Shown one piece after another: positions 1-11,521 of a DNA stretch of 64,000 nucleotides (position 1 is its first letter; the number at the start of each line of letters is the position of its first letter). The position numbers were made by a program, and so were the translations under genes. The DNA comes from Pomacea canaliculata (lineage: Eukaryota), in NCBI RefSeq assembly GCF_003073045.1, contig NC_037593.1, positions 29,393,367 through 29,457,366 on the forward strand, written 5' to 3'. The notes below the pieces were generated by a model. It was not told where the DNA came from, did not search any database, and saw only the letters and a program-made list of their open reading frames with translations.

Positions 1-374
1 GTTAGACCCGATTGTCCATTAGTCATCACGGCGCCACCTTACGGGTCACTCAAGCAACTGACATCACGTGACATTGCTTCACAGCATTCACCACATTTTT
101 TATAACATATAGTTAAAGACATACAATAACTTTGGAAAGTCTTAGACTTTTGTTACCTTTCTGTTTGTAAACAAGAACTTTATTGACAATTATGACTCGT
201 CCATTTTATTAAAGACGATATTTATTAAAATCGAAAAGTTCTAATATATGGAAGAGTATATAGAATATACGAAGAGTATAGGGCATGTAATCAAGCTGAG
301 CCGAATCTTTGTTCGGCCAATTTTTTCATAGTCTGACAAAATGTCAGCAGTAAGTGTTGAGACAGGTGTGCCTT

Positions 375-484
375 TCACAGGTACTGTATGACATAAGGCA
401 GGTCTTTCAACTCTTTCTCCACAACCGCATCCATCTGCTCGCTCATGGCCACAGTAAGATAGTTCTTCCAGTCGCCCACCTCTC
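375..484 (-). CDS. Sulfotransferase terminal coding exon (includes the TGA stop at 375..377)
   Basis: Acceptor catgtttcag|GA in a frame different from the listed ORF 241..552. Translation (G)EVGDWKNYLTVAMSEQMDAVVEKELKDLPYVIQYL* carries the conserved SULT GDWKN motif. Total CDS is 903 nt, 300 aa. Confidence 0.75.
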
Positions 485-624
485 CTGAAACATGAACATA
501 TAAGGTTCATCACATTAGGCAGAAAACACATCAAACACGATGTTTTCTTCATTTTGAATGATGCGTTGGCAAGTCTTCAACAGAATGTGATACCATTGGC
601 AAGTAACACAATATCCATAATTAC

Positions 625-811
625 CTTTTCTGTACATATTCAGCTTTGGATGTGGAATATTTTTCTGTTTGGTAAATTCTATAACGGCTTTGTTCACATC
701 CTGTTTCTTCATATTCTGGAAGCTGCAGGCCTCTGCGATTTCTTCACACAGTTGCTGTGATGCTGGAACTTCCAAAAACTCAGCAATCTGCTTTATTTTA
801 TCTGAGGGACT
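625..811 (-). CDS. Sulfotransferase coding exon 4
   Basis: Acceptor ttgtttttcag|AGT. Translation SPSDKIKQIAEFLEVPASQQLCEEIAEACSFQNMKKQDVNKAVIEFTKQKNIPHPKLNMYRK(G) aligns with the SULT block NPKREIQKILEFVG...FMRKG. Donor AAAG|GTAATT, phase 1. Confidence 0.75.
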
Positions 812-1015
812 CTGAAAAACAAGTTTCATGCAAGTATCTGAGATCAGGTTACTTCTTTTTAGATATGGTTTTGGACATGTTTGGCTAAATCAAGGAGTGG
901 AATCAGTAAGCAATTTTATAAAATGTTTTAAACAAAGATTGATTGTCACTGGCAAGAATGGGATTTTATAATCAATAGCAGTGAAAGGTATAGTTTCTAT
1001 AAGTCAATTAAATCT

Positions 1016-1372
1016 GTGACTCACAGAGAGATGTATTTGAGTTTAGATGTTAATAGTTTCATCAGAAATGCATTAGTGAGAATTCGAGTTGGTATTTCAG
1101 ATATAATGACACACACTTTAAGATATTCTGACAATAATATAAGTAAAATATGCCCTATGCGTCAAATTGATGAAGAGGATGAGTTCCATTTTATACTATG
1201 TTGTCCATGCCTGAAAGATCTGAGAAAAAATTTCATTCCGACAATGTCCTACACTAGACCAAATAATTCCAAACTGCAGATGCTTATGTCAACAAGTAAT
1301 GAAACAATACTGTCCAATCTTGCCAAGTTTTTATATTTAGCGGCAAAGAAAAGAGATGCTATTCTACGCTAA
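1016..1372 (+). mobile_element. Fragment of a retrotransposon ORF2 C-terminus (zf-RVT-like Cys/His tail), lying in SULT intron 3
   Basis: ORF ...ICPMRQIDEEDEFHFILCCPCLKDLRK has the C..C...E-E-H....C pattern typical of the zinc-binding tail of non-LTR reverse transcriptases. It has no host-gene context. Confidence 0.45.
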
Positions 1373-1653
1373 TAACACTCTGTATCTATTGTGACATGTT
1401 GCATGACAATCCTTTTGAATGGGCCCAAAGGCCTAACAAAATAAACTATTCGTATCCGTATTCGTATTCGTAAGTTTCATGCAAATATAGACAGAATTCA
1501 AATACTAATTCTATGTTTGACAACAAACTTGAAAGAGATGTAGACCTAATAAATTCAAATCTCTAAAATATCGCAGAACCAGATAATACTGATGCCTTTC
1601 GTGAAGATGAAATTGTGTACATTGTATCAGAGATTTGCAGTGGCCTTACAAAC

Positions 1654-1757
1654 CCGTTTCATGTCTTCATAGGAGATGGATAATGCAGGAATGTTCGGGT
1701 TTTCTTGGGTAAAATCGTGAAACTGCCGCAAGTAGCTGAACTGAGAGCCATAGTTGA
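1654..1757 (-). CDS. Sulfotransferase coding exon 3
   Basis: Acceptor tgtgtttcag|TC. Translation INYGSQFSYLRQFHDFTQENPNIPALSISYEDMKR aligns with the SULT block VSYGSWYQHV...LYLFYEDMKE. Donor CGG|GTTTGT, phase 0. The alternative donor GTAAGG one codon later would create a stop at the next acceptor. Confidence 0.65.
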
Positions 1758-1928
1758 CTGAAACACAACGGAATGCGCAATCCCTTTTATCTTCGTCATC
1801 AAATGAAACAAAGGACAGAGAGGAGGAGAGGAAGTAGATGCAATAGAGAGCAAAATGAACTTGCAGTACACATCTGCTCGTCCTCATCACTATTTTATCT
1901 AAAATATTGATAAAACAGATTTTCTCAC

Positions 1929-2258
1929 TTTTGCCGTTTAAGTATCGTTCAAAAAAGTCTGGAAACTCCAAGAGTACATTTCTGCGGGCTTTGATAAACT
2001 CCTTCATCATGAAGTAGAAGGACACAGCAGTGTCCTTGGGATTGCGATAAACGTGAAAGACCTTGATACTCTTGTCCCTGATTTGTTGCCATGGCAACAT
2101 TGAAAACGGAAGATGCGTATTGAGGATGCGCGGAGACGCCATGGCCTCTATCAGGTCGACGTCGACAAAGTCGACCATCAGCTGTTCCTGGCGACGAGTC
2201 TCGTACTCGGCCTTGCCTTGGACCAACATGGAGGTCACCTCCCACAGCCAGTGAGTTC
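1929..2258 (-). CDS. Sulfotransferase coding exon 2
   Basis: Acceptor tggtcag|GA. The translation (G)THWLWEV...PRILNTHLPFSMLP...KVFHVYRNPKDTAVSFYFM matches the SULT RxxKTHLP and RNPKD motifs. Donor AAAA|GTGAGA, phase 1. Confidence 0.75.
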
Positions 2259-2941
2259 CTGACCAACAGATATCACCGAACCCAGTGAGTTCAATGGCAA
2301 AGGTCACCGCAAAATAAAGAGCATGAGTATCGCACAGTCCTGTCTATAACAGTGTGGTCTGGGTCAACTCGAATGAAACAGGTCAAAAATGCTTCTTGCC
2401 TCCGCAACAAAAGTTTCTTTTGATCACTGAAGATTAACATCGCACATAACCTCAGACCTATCTCTGTGCAGTGTGGAAAGGGAACATTGTTTATGTATGA
2501 AAAGTGAGTTTTTAATTACTTTGTAGGGTTCAGTAGTTCTTAGCCATATTTTGGAGGTTAACTTCTTACTTAGAGAAAATATTTAAAGATGATGCTTGCG
2601 CCTGTGTGTATGTGTGCCTGCCTGGCTAGTAATGAGAGAAAATTACAGCTATTATATCGTGCACTCTAGCCTCTCTGAACTTTCCGTCTGCTCCATGTTT
2701 TACATTTTTATCTTTTGACGGGATGTTTTCATGACCTATCACCCTTCCCTTGACACTGATCTTTCTGCCTCGTTTTCAAAATAATGCTCGTCGTGAGATA
2801 ATTACTCCAATTAACTACTACAGTCAGGCATTGCCGTTTATTCTTCTTTCTGTCTCTTGTGTGTGTGTGTGTGTGCATATTTAGGCCCTCGTTAAACTTT
2901 GAATCGAGAATCGAGCGTGTGTTTAAATAAGTTCTATGTGA

Positions 2942-3235
2942 GTGTTCACCAGCAACCATCCGAGTGAAGATGACAAAGATGTGAGGCGAGTGTTAGTGTT
3001 ACAGTCAGTAAGTGTTCAAGTTGTCCAACAAATCTGTTCAACAGGATCGTGGGCAATAAAAATAAACTTCAGCCTCCTTCTCACCACAATTAAACGTCTC
3101 TCACCTCATTCTGATGTTTGTCAGAAACTTTACAGAAATTTGTCTTCTGTCTTACTTAAATGTCCTCATTGCAATTGTGAAGAAACTGAGTTGCATTTCG
3201 TGTTCATGTGCTCAAAATACAAAAATCTACATTAG
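2942..3235 (+). mobile_element. Second retrotransposon RT-tail fragment, lying in SULT intron 1
   Basis: ORF ...CQKLYRNLSSVLLKCPHCNCEETELHFVFMCSKY has the same zf-RVT-like motif (C..C..EE.E.H....C) as 1016-1372. Confidence 0.4.
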
Positions 3236-3723
3236 TTGTACATTCCTGAACAAATGTTTTCAGAATCTTTCACTATTTCGTTTTGTAAATTTTATTTACC
3301 AGTAGCTAGAAAATAAATCCAGAATGTTGTATTTTTTTCTTTATGAAGCATTAAAGGTTAGAGAGAGTTTATAATTTTCAAATGTTTGTGCTTAATCTGT
3401 TAATAACAAAATTTACTTTGGCAGTTTCGGTGCACCTTGTAATTTAATTACCTTTTAGTATTAGGCTATTTTTGCCTTTACAATTGTATTTTAAACCAAC
3501 TTTTGATCCCTCCCCCGTCCTTCCTTCCCCAAAATCGGTTATGGGCACGAGCCTACTGAAATAAAGCCATTGTTATTATCATTGATGTTTATTTCCTCAC
3601 ACCTCAAACTGATCCGTTTTGCTCAATCTGACGACTCTCCACAATTTGATACCTCTATTTTTGACTCCTTCTTGACTCCTACAGATTGTCAGACGCCTCT
3701 CACCTCAGAGTCGGACATCTTAC

Positions 3724-3895
3724 CTGATTTAGGATAGGTACACAGCAGGATGTCATCGTGTCGAAGCTCCATGTTGCGCAGGTCAGTGATGTGTTTCTGC
3801 CACTCTTCCGTGGTAGGTCGGAAAATAGGCAGAGGAAGACCTTCTACCAGACAGAAATTTGGGTCAGGCTGCAAGCCTTCATCGTTTTCCGACAT
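3724..3895 (-). CDS. Cytosolic sulfotransferase (SULT family), coding exon 1. ATG at 3895..3893; an alternative in-frame ATG lies at 3928.
   Basis: Translation MSENDEGLQPDPNFCLVEGLPLPIFRPTTEEWQKHITDLRNMELRHDDILLCTYPKS ends in the PAPS 5'-PSB motif TYPKSG. Donor TCAG|GTAAGA, phase 1. This exon joins exon 2 to complete the Gly of YPKSG-THW. Confidence 0.7.
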
Positions 3896-6750
3896 TTTGA
3901 AAGTACTGTCATGCTCCTGGCTTGTCATTCCACCTGAAGATATACTTCCGATCGCTCTCCGGTAGAGATTGAAATAATACAGTGTCGAGCTTACTTTTAA
4001 ATTCCGTTTATTTACAGTTTGCTGCTGGAAGATCTTTTTTAAAAACTTCCTTTCAGCCGCTGTCGGTAGTGGGTCTCTTGTGTCTGATGTACGGTGTGCG
4101 ACAAGCATCCACTGTTATAGATGTCTGGTGATAGGAAGTGTGATCACGTGACATCAATTTGTTGCTTTGTTTGTTGTTGTTTTTCTCTCTCTCTCGTAGT
4201 TTTGTTAACTAATCTCCCACTTCTCACCACAAGTCAACAAGTACTGTCCTGGGTCTACCTCTTTAATCTTGTGCCGGCTGCTGGTTCTGACAAGGGCGAA
4301 ACATCTACTGTACAGTCTTACACCAGGCTACTCAATGGGATGCAGTTTCTGCCTCTAATCTCTCTCTCTCTGACAGTTTAAAATCTCGTTTCCACACCAC
4401 TGTGGCCCCCCAACCGTCTCCATCTCTCCACACAAGCCACAGGGCACACGTTCGCTGGACATCCGATACCTTTCCCAGTCTGTGCTGCACCTGTGTACCA
4501 CTCACGTATACCCTCTAGCACATACTCTTGTTTGCGCTTGTTTGTAAATCCGTTAGTACAGACCTTGACTGTCCTAGGCAAGTGGTCTACCTGTATGAGC
4601 GTTGATATCATTCATACATACTCAATATACATATTTAAATTATTTAATTTCACGTAAGTTTACTTATTCCCATTTCCCATCTTTCACAGGCAAGAAGATC
4701 AATTGTGGTTCATACACAGATCATATATTCATATAAATCTATGTAGGTATAGTGTAGGTGGTGAACCTTTTATCTTCCAAGGGCTATAGTCTAATATGTT
4801 TAACATCATTTGCAGTACAAAAATTATCTGTTTAAAACTTAGTCTGCTCTGTTTGGTCGAGCTGCAGTTTGCAATGTGTACAATCCTAGCCTGCCTCTGT
4901 TGTCCTCTGTAACCACTATCTGCTTTTTTTTAGATTAGGTGAGCGAAAATTATGCTTTGCCACTATGAAAAACGTCGCAAAACAACTGTTTGGAGTCTGT
5001 AAAATATTTGTTTATAATTAGAAAAGTCCTAGAGGAGCCAGAGTATATAGTAATAAAGCCTTTTTCTCCTAATGCACATGCACCAATAAACTCATAAAAC
5101 CAAATAAAATTTTACCAGCCAAAGTTTTTTTCATTTTCTCATCCTTTGGAGTTCCATAAAAGGATAATGTTGAACTAAGTCCACAGCAATGTCGACGGTG
5201 CTTTTTTTTATTATTATTATTGTTTTATGAACCCATGGTAGAAGATCGCTGATTGAGCCGGTATCCAACCGGAAGTGGCCTAGCCTCGGTTTAGGGTGAA
5301 GACCATCCACACAGGCTGCAGACAGCTAACGAGAAAAATATTATAGGTGTCTTTACCATCTTGTACTTGTATGTGTCCTGTCTATCCTGTAGTACGCGTC
5401 CCTTGCTTGTGCCTTTAAATGCATATTAGTAGTCACTTAATGTACATTTCTGTTGCCATAGTCTGCTCTGCCTTGCCTTGAAGCAACATTGATGTCACCT
5501 CCCAGCCTGCAAGTACTCTTGGGTCCCTCATGGGACCTCTTCGGGAAGAAAGTTGGGTCCCTCTCGGGTTTTGGAGGCGGGACCCTAAGGGGACCTCGTA
5601 CATATGTGTTTAAGTTCGGGTTGTTCTGCTGGGGTGTAAATTTTATATATAACTGGTTAAGTTTGGCTTAGTTGAAAATGATATTCACATCGTTTGCTTT
5701 GACCAACTGCTACACTGACCCTAAATAAGAAATCCCTCCCTAATGTCGGGTCACTATCTAATTGGATTGCTTATGTAATATCGTCGATTTTCTTTACTGC
5801 ATTTATGCTGGAAAAACTGTAGGAAAAATATTTCATTCAGATTGTTTCTTTTTAAGCTTTTTCTTCTTGTTCGTTTAACTGTAGAAGGTTAATTTAGGCG
5901 TTCACCTAAGTTTGAATTTAACATTGTTCTAAGCGAGATCACTTATGAATCTCTTTTTTAAAACGTGTGAGTGTTGGGGGGGGGGGGATTGTGACAAAAT
6001 TTGTGCAGCAAGAAATATATAATATTATCATAAATGTAAAGAGCACCAGAAAGTATAGCTCACTGATATAAGACTGTGCCACATTCAATGCATGCTGCAT
6101 GACCCTGTTCCCTTTTCTTTATTTTAACCTCCCAACACTAGATGCAATGTTTTCTTGAAAGCCCATTCCCCCTCCCACAAAACACCTCCTCCTATTTGAC
6201 TTATTTGATAAACACAAACATTCTTATTTTACGGTTTTCTAGTCTCTCGTATGTGTGTGTGTGTGCGCGCGCGCGCGAGTCTATGTATACTGCGTTCGCC
6301 TCTGCATACCTCGGTCGTAATTACTTTTGCAAGCGCTGATAAGTGTGTGCAAGGGTTCATAATAGCACTCAATGAAAGTGAGAAAGATTCTAGGTGTATG
6401 AGCGATCGTGTGCATACATTCATGCGCGTAAAGGTTCGATCGTGATTTCCAAAAAATATATTTGTCAAACCATTGTATAGTGCCAGTAGAGGACAGAAAT
6501 AAACAACAGCTTCCTAAATCTCAACACAGATAAATAAATCTCACTTCACTGTCATCTCGTTCTATAATATGTGCCTCACATCAGTCTGAGGTCTCTCGTC
6601 TCAACCTGACGCCTGTCTGTTGTCACTTAGAGGTTTGATAACTATTTTCCAGGGAAGTAAATGATTAAATACAAACAGCGCTGTTGATAACTAGTTGGCT
6701 CCCTTTAATTGCTCGACTCCCGAGCCATAATTTGTCCCACACCATAAAAT

Positions 6751-7734
6751 ATGGCGGACGTGTGGCAAGAACTCGAGGCCGTGATCAGTGAAAATCGTCG
6801 AGAACTGTCACTCATTGGGCAAGACGTAAGCAAACGAATTGAAAAAGCGGGACTAGACCCACATATTTTCCAGCTGGTCAATCTCAATCTTCTTGACATC
6901 TCACGTACGCAGCTTGATCGAGTACCAGACGATTTGGGGAACCTGATTAACTTGACAAACCTAACTCTGCAAAATAACGCTTTGGTATCACTCCCTTCGA
7001 CTGTCGGTAATCTTGTAAAGTTAAAGTTTCTAGACCTTTCTCACAACAAAATAGAAAGGCTTCCGGATGAACTGTCAAAGCTGAAAGAATTGCAGACATT
7101 AAAAGTCAACGTGAATCAGCTGACCGACTTCCCAGATGTTTCAACGCTTACGAGTCTTCACATCTTGAACATCTCCCATAACAAGCTTTCAGCTTTGCCT
7201 GATGGTATATGCAGTGAACATCTCGTTCATCTAAGTCAGATCAATGCAAGTAATAACCAGATTACCAGTCTACCGTCAGAACTTTCGTCGTTGCCACATC
7301 TTAATTCGCTTCATTTAGCTAACAACCAACTGCAGGAACTTCCAAATGAACTCAGCGAATGCACAAAACTGAAGGAACTGGTCGTAAATGGAAACAAAAT
7401 CAAGGACAGAAAACTTTTAAAGTTTACAGAACAGAATTCTTTAAAACAGATAATGACATTTCTGGCAACTGCAATGGAAAAAGAGGCAGCAACAGGAGAT
7501 AAGAAAGACAAGAAAGCGAAGCAAAAGAAGAAAAAGAAGGGGCCACAAAATGATAATGTTGAGGATCTGGCCAGAAATATAATATCAGTTCTTCATTTTG
7601 CTCCTGATGTGGGTGTGGTGGTGAAAGTAGAAGCCAAAGTATCAGATGTCAGGCCATACGTGGTTTGTTGTGTGCTTCGTGAATTAAACTTTAAAAAGTC
7701 ACTCAACATGTTCAAGAGGTTTATTACTTTGCAG
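6751..7734 (+). CDS. LRRC47: LRRC47 (leucine-rich repeat-containing protein 47) orthologue, coding exon 1 (ATG 6751)
   Basis: N-terminal LRR array (LxxLxLxxNxL repeats). Translation ...ELSECTKLKELVVNGNKIKDRKLLKF...VRPYVVCCVLRELNFKKSLNMFKRFITLQ aligns with human LRRC47 [26 protein letters not shown]...VRPYIVGAVV...LKRFLTSQ. Donor GCAG|GTAAAT, phase 0. Confidence 0.85.
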
Positions 7735-8185
7735 GTAAATATTTCTTATAAAAAAGTGTCATGCTTTCAAGCATAAGTTAAACCTTATGTTTCTGGATAA
7801 TATTTGTAACCAAGAAATCCCAATACTAGCACAACAGTAAAAGGAGTAAAAAGGAAAAATGATGACTAGTTGCCATATGAAAGATGTTTGTCCTCATTAA
7901 TGTAATGTTTTTATAAGCCAGCCTACATTTTTATTATATGAACTGATATACGAGCTTGGCTTGTATTTTACTTTCCTTACTTTGTTTCTGTCATTCTGGA
8001 ATGATGATCTTGTGTAAATGCAGAATACCTGCTGTACTTTTGTGGGGATAAGTAAAACAAAAATCTTTTTCATAAAATAATAAAAATAAAGAAGAGAAAA
8101 TATATTCAGAATTAATATTAGAAGGGTTTTTTTCTTTTTTGCTTATTCAAGGATGTCATTTTACTTTTTTACTTTCTTGTTTCAG

Positions 8186-8302
8186 ACTCGTCTTCATGAT
8201 ACAGTCTGTCAGAAAAGACAAGCAGCAACTATTGCGACACATGATTTGTCTTTTGTGAAGGCTCCACTCTTGTATACTGCAAGGCCTTCAGATAGTATTA
8301 TG
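8186..8302 (+). CDS. LRRC47: LRRC47 exon 2
   Basis: Acceptor tcttgtttcag|ACT. Translation TRLHDTVCQKRQAATIATHDLSFVKAPLLYTARPSDSIM aligns with human [39 protein letters not shown]. Donor ATG|GTGATA, chosen because it gives a gap-free alignment and phase 0. Confidence 0.65.
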
Positions 8303-8736
8303 GTGATATACTGTTTGTTTTGTAAATGTCTCAGTCTTTAAATAATTGAGGGGTGGTTTGGTTGGAGGTTTTTTTCCTATGCTTTCATTTTTTTTAAAAC
8401 ACAAAGCTACAATATCGTTTGAACAAACTGAATTGTATTTGCCTTTTACATTTATTTACTTTTGTTGTCGTGGTACTTTTCTCTTTTGTGAAGCTTGACA
8501 GAGGGGATAAATCTACAAATTTGAAGACCATTTCTTTGGTATTTTTAATGTTTAAATTTTAACTAATATAATAACATATATTTAGTTTGATTTTAACCAG
8601 GTAATTCAGTCCTCCATGTTTTTAAGTTCGTATTTCCTTCCCTAACTAGAATCTTTCTTTACAGAAAGTGTTTTTGAGAAATATCTCAAGCAGATTTCAA
8701 CTATACAGAAGATTATGATTCATCTTACTGTTTCAG

Positions 8737-8855
8737 ATTACCCCTTTGTTCAAGACCAAAGAGGTGTCTGCTGGCAAACTTCTTACTAATCTTCAGCAGG
8801 AGGCTGATGCATTAAGAAGAGAGAAGAAACGCAGTACAGTGAGCGGTATTCACAA
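8737..8855 (+). CDS. LRRC47: LRRC47 exon 3
   Basis: Acceptor cttactgtttcag|ATT. Translation ITPLFKTKEVSAGKLLTNLQQEADALRREKKRSTVSGIH(K) aligns with human [39 protein letters not shown]. Donor CACAA|GTATGC, phase 2. Confidence 0.7.
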
Positions 8856-9114
8856 GTATGCTTTACTAGTAATATTTTTCCTTTCTTTGCTCTTTTTAAG
8901 GACTCATAACTTTTTTCATACTTTTTATACTATTTATAAATGAATAGACTTTTTTTAAGCACAGTTTATCTTATAAATAAAGCAGAAGAGTTTCAGTGTG
9001 TGTGTGAGTGAGAGAAAGAGTGAGTACTATCAAGGACGTGTATAGGTCTGCCAAGACCAACGCTTAGCCTCTTGCGAAGTGATCTGTTGTTAGTCTCAGC
9101 AAGCCATAACAAAG

Positions 9115-9228
9115 AATGTGACTAAACCAGAAGCTTTCTTGTATCATGCCTCGTTTTAGTTGTTAATCTGAAATGTGACTAAACCAAAAGCTTTCTTGTA
9201 TCATGCTTCGTTTTAGCAGTTAACTGGA
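9115..9228. repeat. Tandem repeat, 2 copies of a roughly 57-bp unit (aatgtgactaaaccagaagctttcttgtatcatgc...), lying in LRRC47 intron 3
   Basis: Two adjacent near-identical copies seen directly in the sequence. Confidence 0.8.
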
Positions 9229-10225
9229 AAAAATCATCTGCCAGCAGTCCAGGGATATTAGTTCGTGGTGCTATGTAAATCCAAGCCAGTTGCCTGATCC
9301 TAATCAAAATTTCTGGGAGCACACCATTTGACTAGAGAAAGATTGTGAACTATGTTTGGTTTATGCATTTTGCTCTGAAACATTGTATTTTAATGTTTCT
9401 AAGATGTTATAAGTTATATTTACACATCACTGACATTGGCATAAATTCATTGATACCATATAAGAGAGATAAACACACATACATACACTGAACCAGAGCT
9501 TCGCCAATTTCATTCTCGGAACAGGTACCTCATTGCACTGATGCCACACACAGTTTTACATGTATTAATATATGTAATTCATAAAACAATGTCTATACAT
9601 CAGAGAACAAGCTCATGATCATTAATGTGTCCTTTTTGTGACTGGATCTTGAATCAAATCAGTAATTTTAACTGAGTGTCTGAAAACTGAAAGTTTTACC
9701 TGAAGTTCTGAAAACCCCTTGCAATTTATGGATGGGAAACACGGGTCAGAAATAGCTCCTGAGAAGAGAGCCTAGCCATTGACAAAGCAAAAATTACCAG
9801 GTGGCCTGCTAGTTTAAATGTACATAAAAATATTGGCTGTTTTATTGAATGCAACCTTAAATGGGAAATTTTCAAAGAACTGGTTTAATTTATTACAAGA
9901 TGCTATTTTCCAGATTTTTTTTTACAAACAATAACAGTTCTATCTTCTCTTCAAATGACAGCAGTTTAGTGCTTAATTAGCTTTGGGTAGCATTTTCACT
10001 TTTTTTTTAGTAGATACTTCATAGAAATGGAAGTGCCTATAGCACAGACCTTTTAAAAGATAAGGGAAACTTAACCAGGTAATTTATAATACCTTTTTTC
10101 TCACAATTTAAATCCAAGTTGTTGAAGTCACGAGTTAAAAAGATTATTGAAAGACAGTGCTTGTATATGTAAGCAAATACTTTTGCTTTTTCTTTACCAA
10201 TAACGTTTTGTTTTTTGTTCTGTGA

Positions 10226-10393
<168 letters not shown>

Positions 10394-10987
10394 TGAATCC
10401 AACAAATTTAAACAGTGCACATTCAAAGCAGAGTAAATAGCAATTATAGCATAAATGAGGGATGGGGTTTCTTAACAATCATATCCAAAGAGGTTTCAAA
10501 AGTATTAGAGCTGCCAAATGCAGAAACATTTTAACATGTAAATTATAATCTTGTGAAAATGAATTAAAACCGATGAATGCTTATTTCCTGAGAAATTTAG
10601 ATGTTTTGATGTATAGTGACATCCAAGCTTTTTAAGACTTGAAAAAGAACATCAGAGAAATGACAGAATTTAAAATCAGGGGGAAAAAACCTCAGTTTAA
10701 CCAGAGGTATTCTGGGTGAAGACAAGTCGTCTTTAAGACTAACTTCACAAAAGCTTGTAACTAGCTGTACTCTCTATTCAATTTTGATGCTCAGAAATGT
10801 TAATTTTATGAGGGCTTTCTGAGCAACAACTTGTTTTGCGGTTATTTTAAATATTTTTTGCTCAAGAACTAATCTAGGCCAGTAACTCCTGAATTTGAAA
10901 GTTAAAAATTAAATTTTATTTCTTATATGGTGCCACAGTTATGTAAAACTAGTTGGTATGTTATGTCAAAAAAAATTTTTTTAACAG

Positions 10988-11198
10988 ATCTCCAAGGATA
11001 CACAAAGTCTCCTAGTAGAGGTAACCAGTTCTGTCAGTCTAGATGTCTGCAAAAAGGTCATGGACACCTTGCTGAAGGAAACCCTTCAGATGGGAGTAGG
11101 TGTTGGATCTGGTGGTGGTACTGACATTGCTGCAGACAGCACCGATGATAAGCCAGAGGAGCAGGAAGATGTAGTTGCAGGCGGAGAGCAAACTGAAG
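10988..11198 (+). CDS. LRRC47: LRRC47 exon 5
   Basis: Acceptor ttttttttaacag|ATC. Translation ISKDTQSLLVEVTSSVSLDVCKKVMDTLLKETLQMGVG... aligns with human [35 protein letters not shown]. Donor GAAG|GTAATT, phase 1. Confidence 0.75.
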
Positions 11199-11375
11199 GT
11201 AATTTTCTTAAAGCACTGTGACAGAGGGCTTCACATTAGTTGTGATGATTTCTAATGAAGAACTGTCTTCAGTTATCAAAGTCAAGGTTTGTCCAGATTT
11301 GATTATTCAGCAGTTTCTATGTAATACTGCCATGTGATAGAAAGTGATTTTTTTTTTCCTTTGTTCTTGTTTCAG

Positions 11376-11521
11376 GTATAAAGCATGCTAATCTACGCCT
11401 TGTTGTTGAACAAGTCAAAATTGTAGACGAAGAAGGGGGACTGAAGGTTTTGTACCCATCACGCACAGATCTTCATGAGGATGGATTTGATGTTATCAGA
11501 AACTGGAATCAGGATGGATAA
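11376..11521 (+). CDS. LRRC47: LRRC47 terminal exon (stop TAA 11519..11521)
   Basis: Acceptor ttgttcttgtttcag|GT. Translation (G)IKHANLRLVVEQVKIVDEEGGLKVLYPSRTDLHEDGFDVIRNWNQDG* aligns with human [26 protein letters not shown]. Total CDS 1680 nt, 559 aa. Confidence 0.75.

Noticed and set aside
6229-6468. ORFs overlapping the (GT)n(GC)n microsatellite
   Set aside because: Low-complexity repeat translation.
7311-7511. Minus-strand ORF antisense to LRRC47 exon 1
   Set aside because: It is an antisense frame of a well-supported coding exon, low complexity and without homology.
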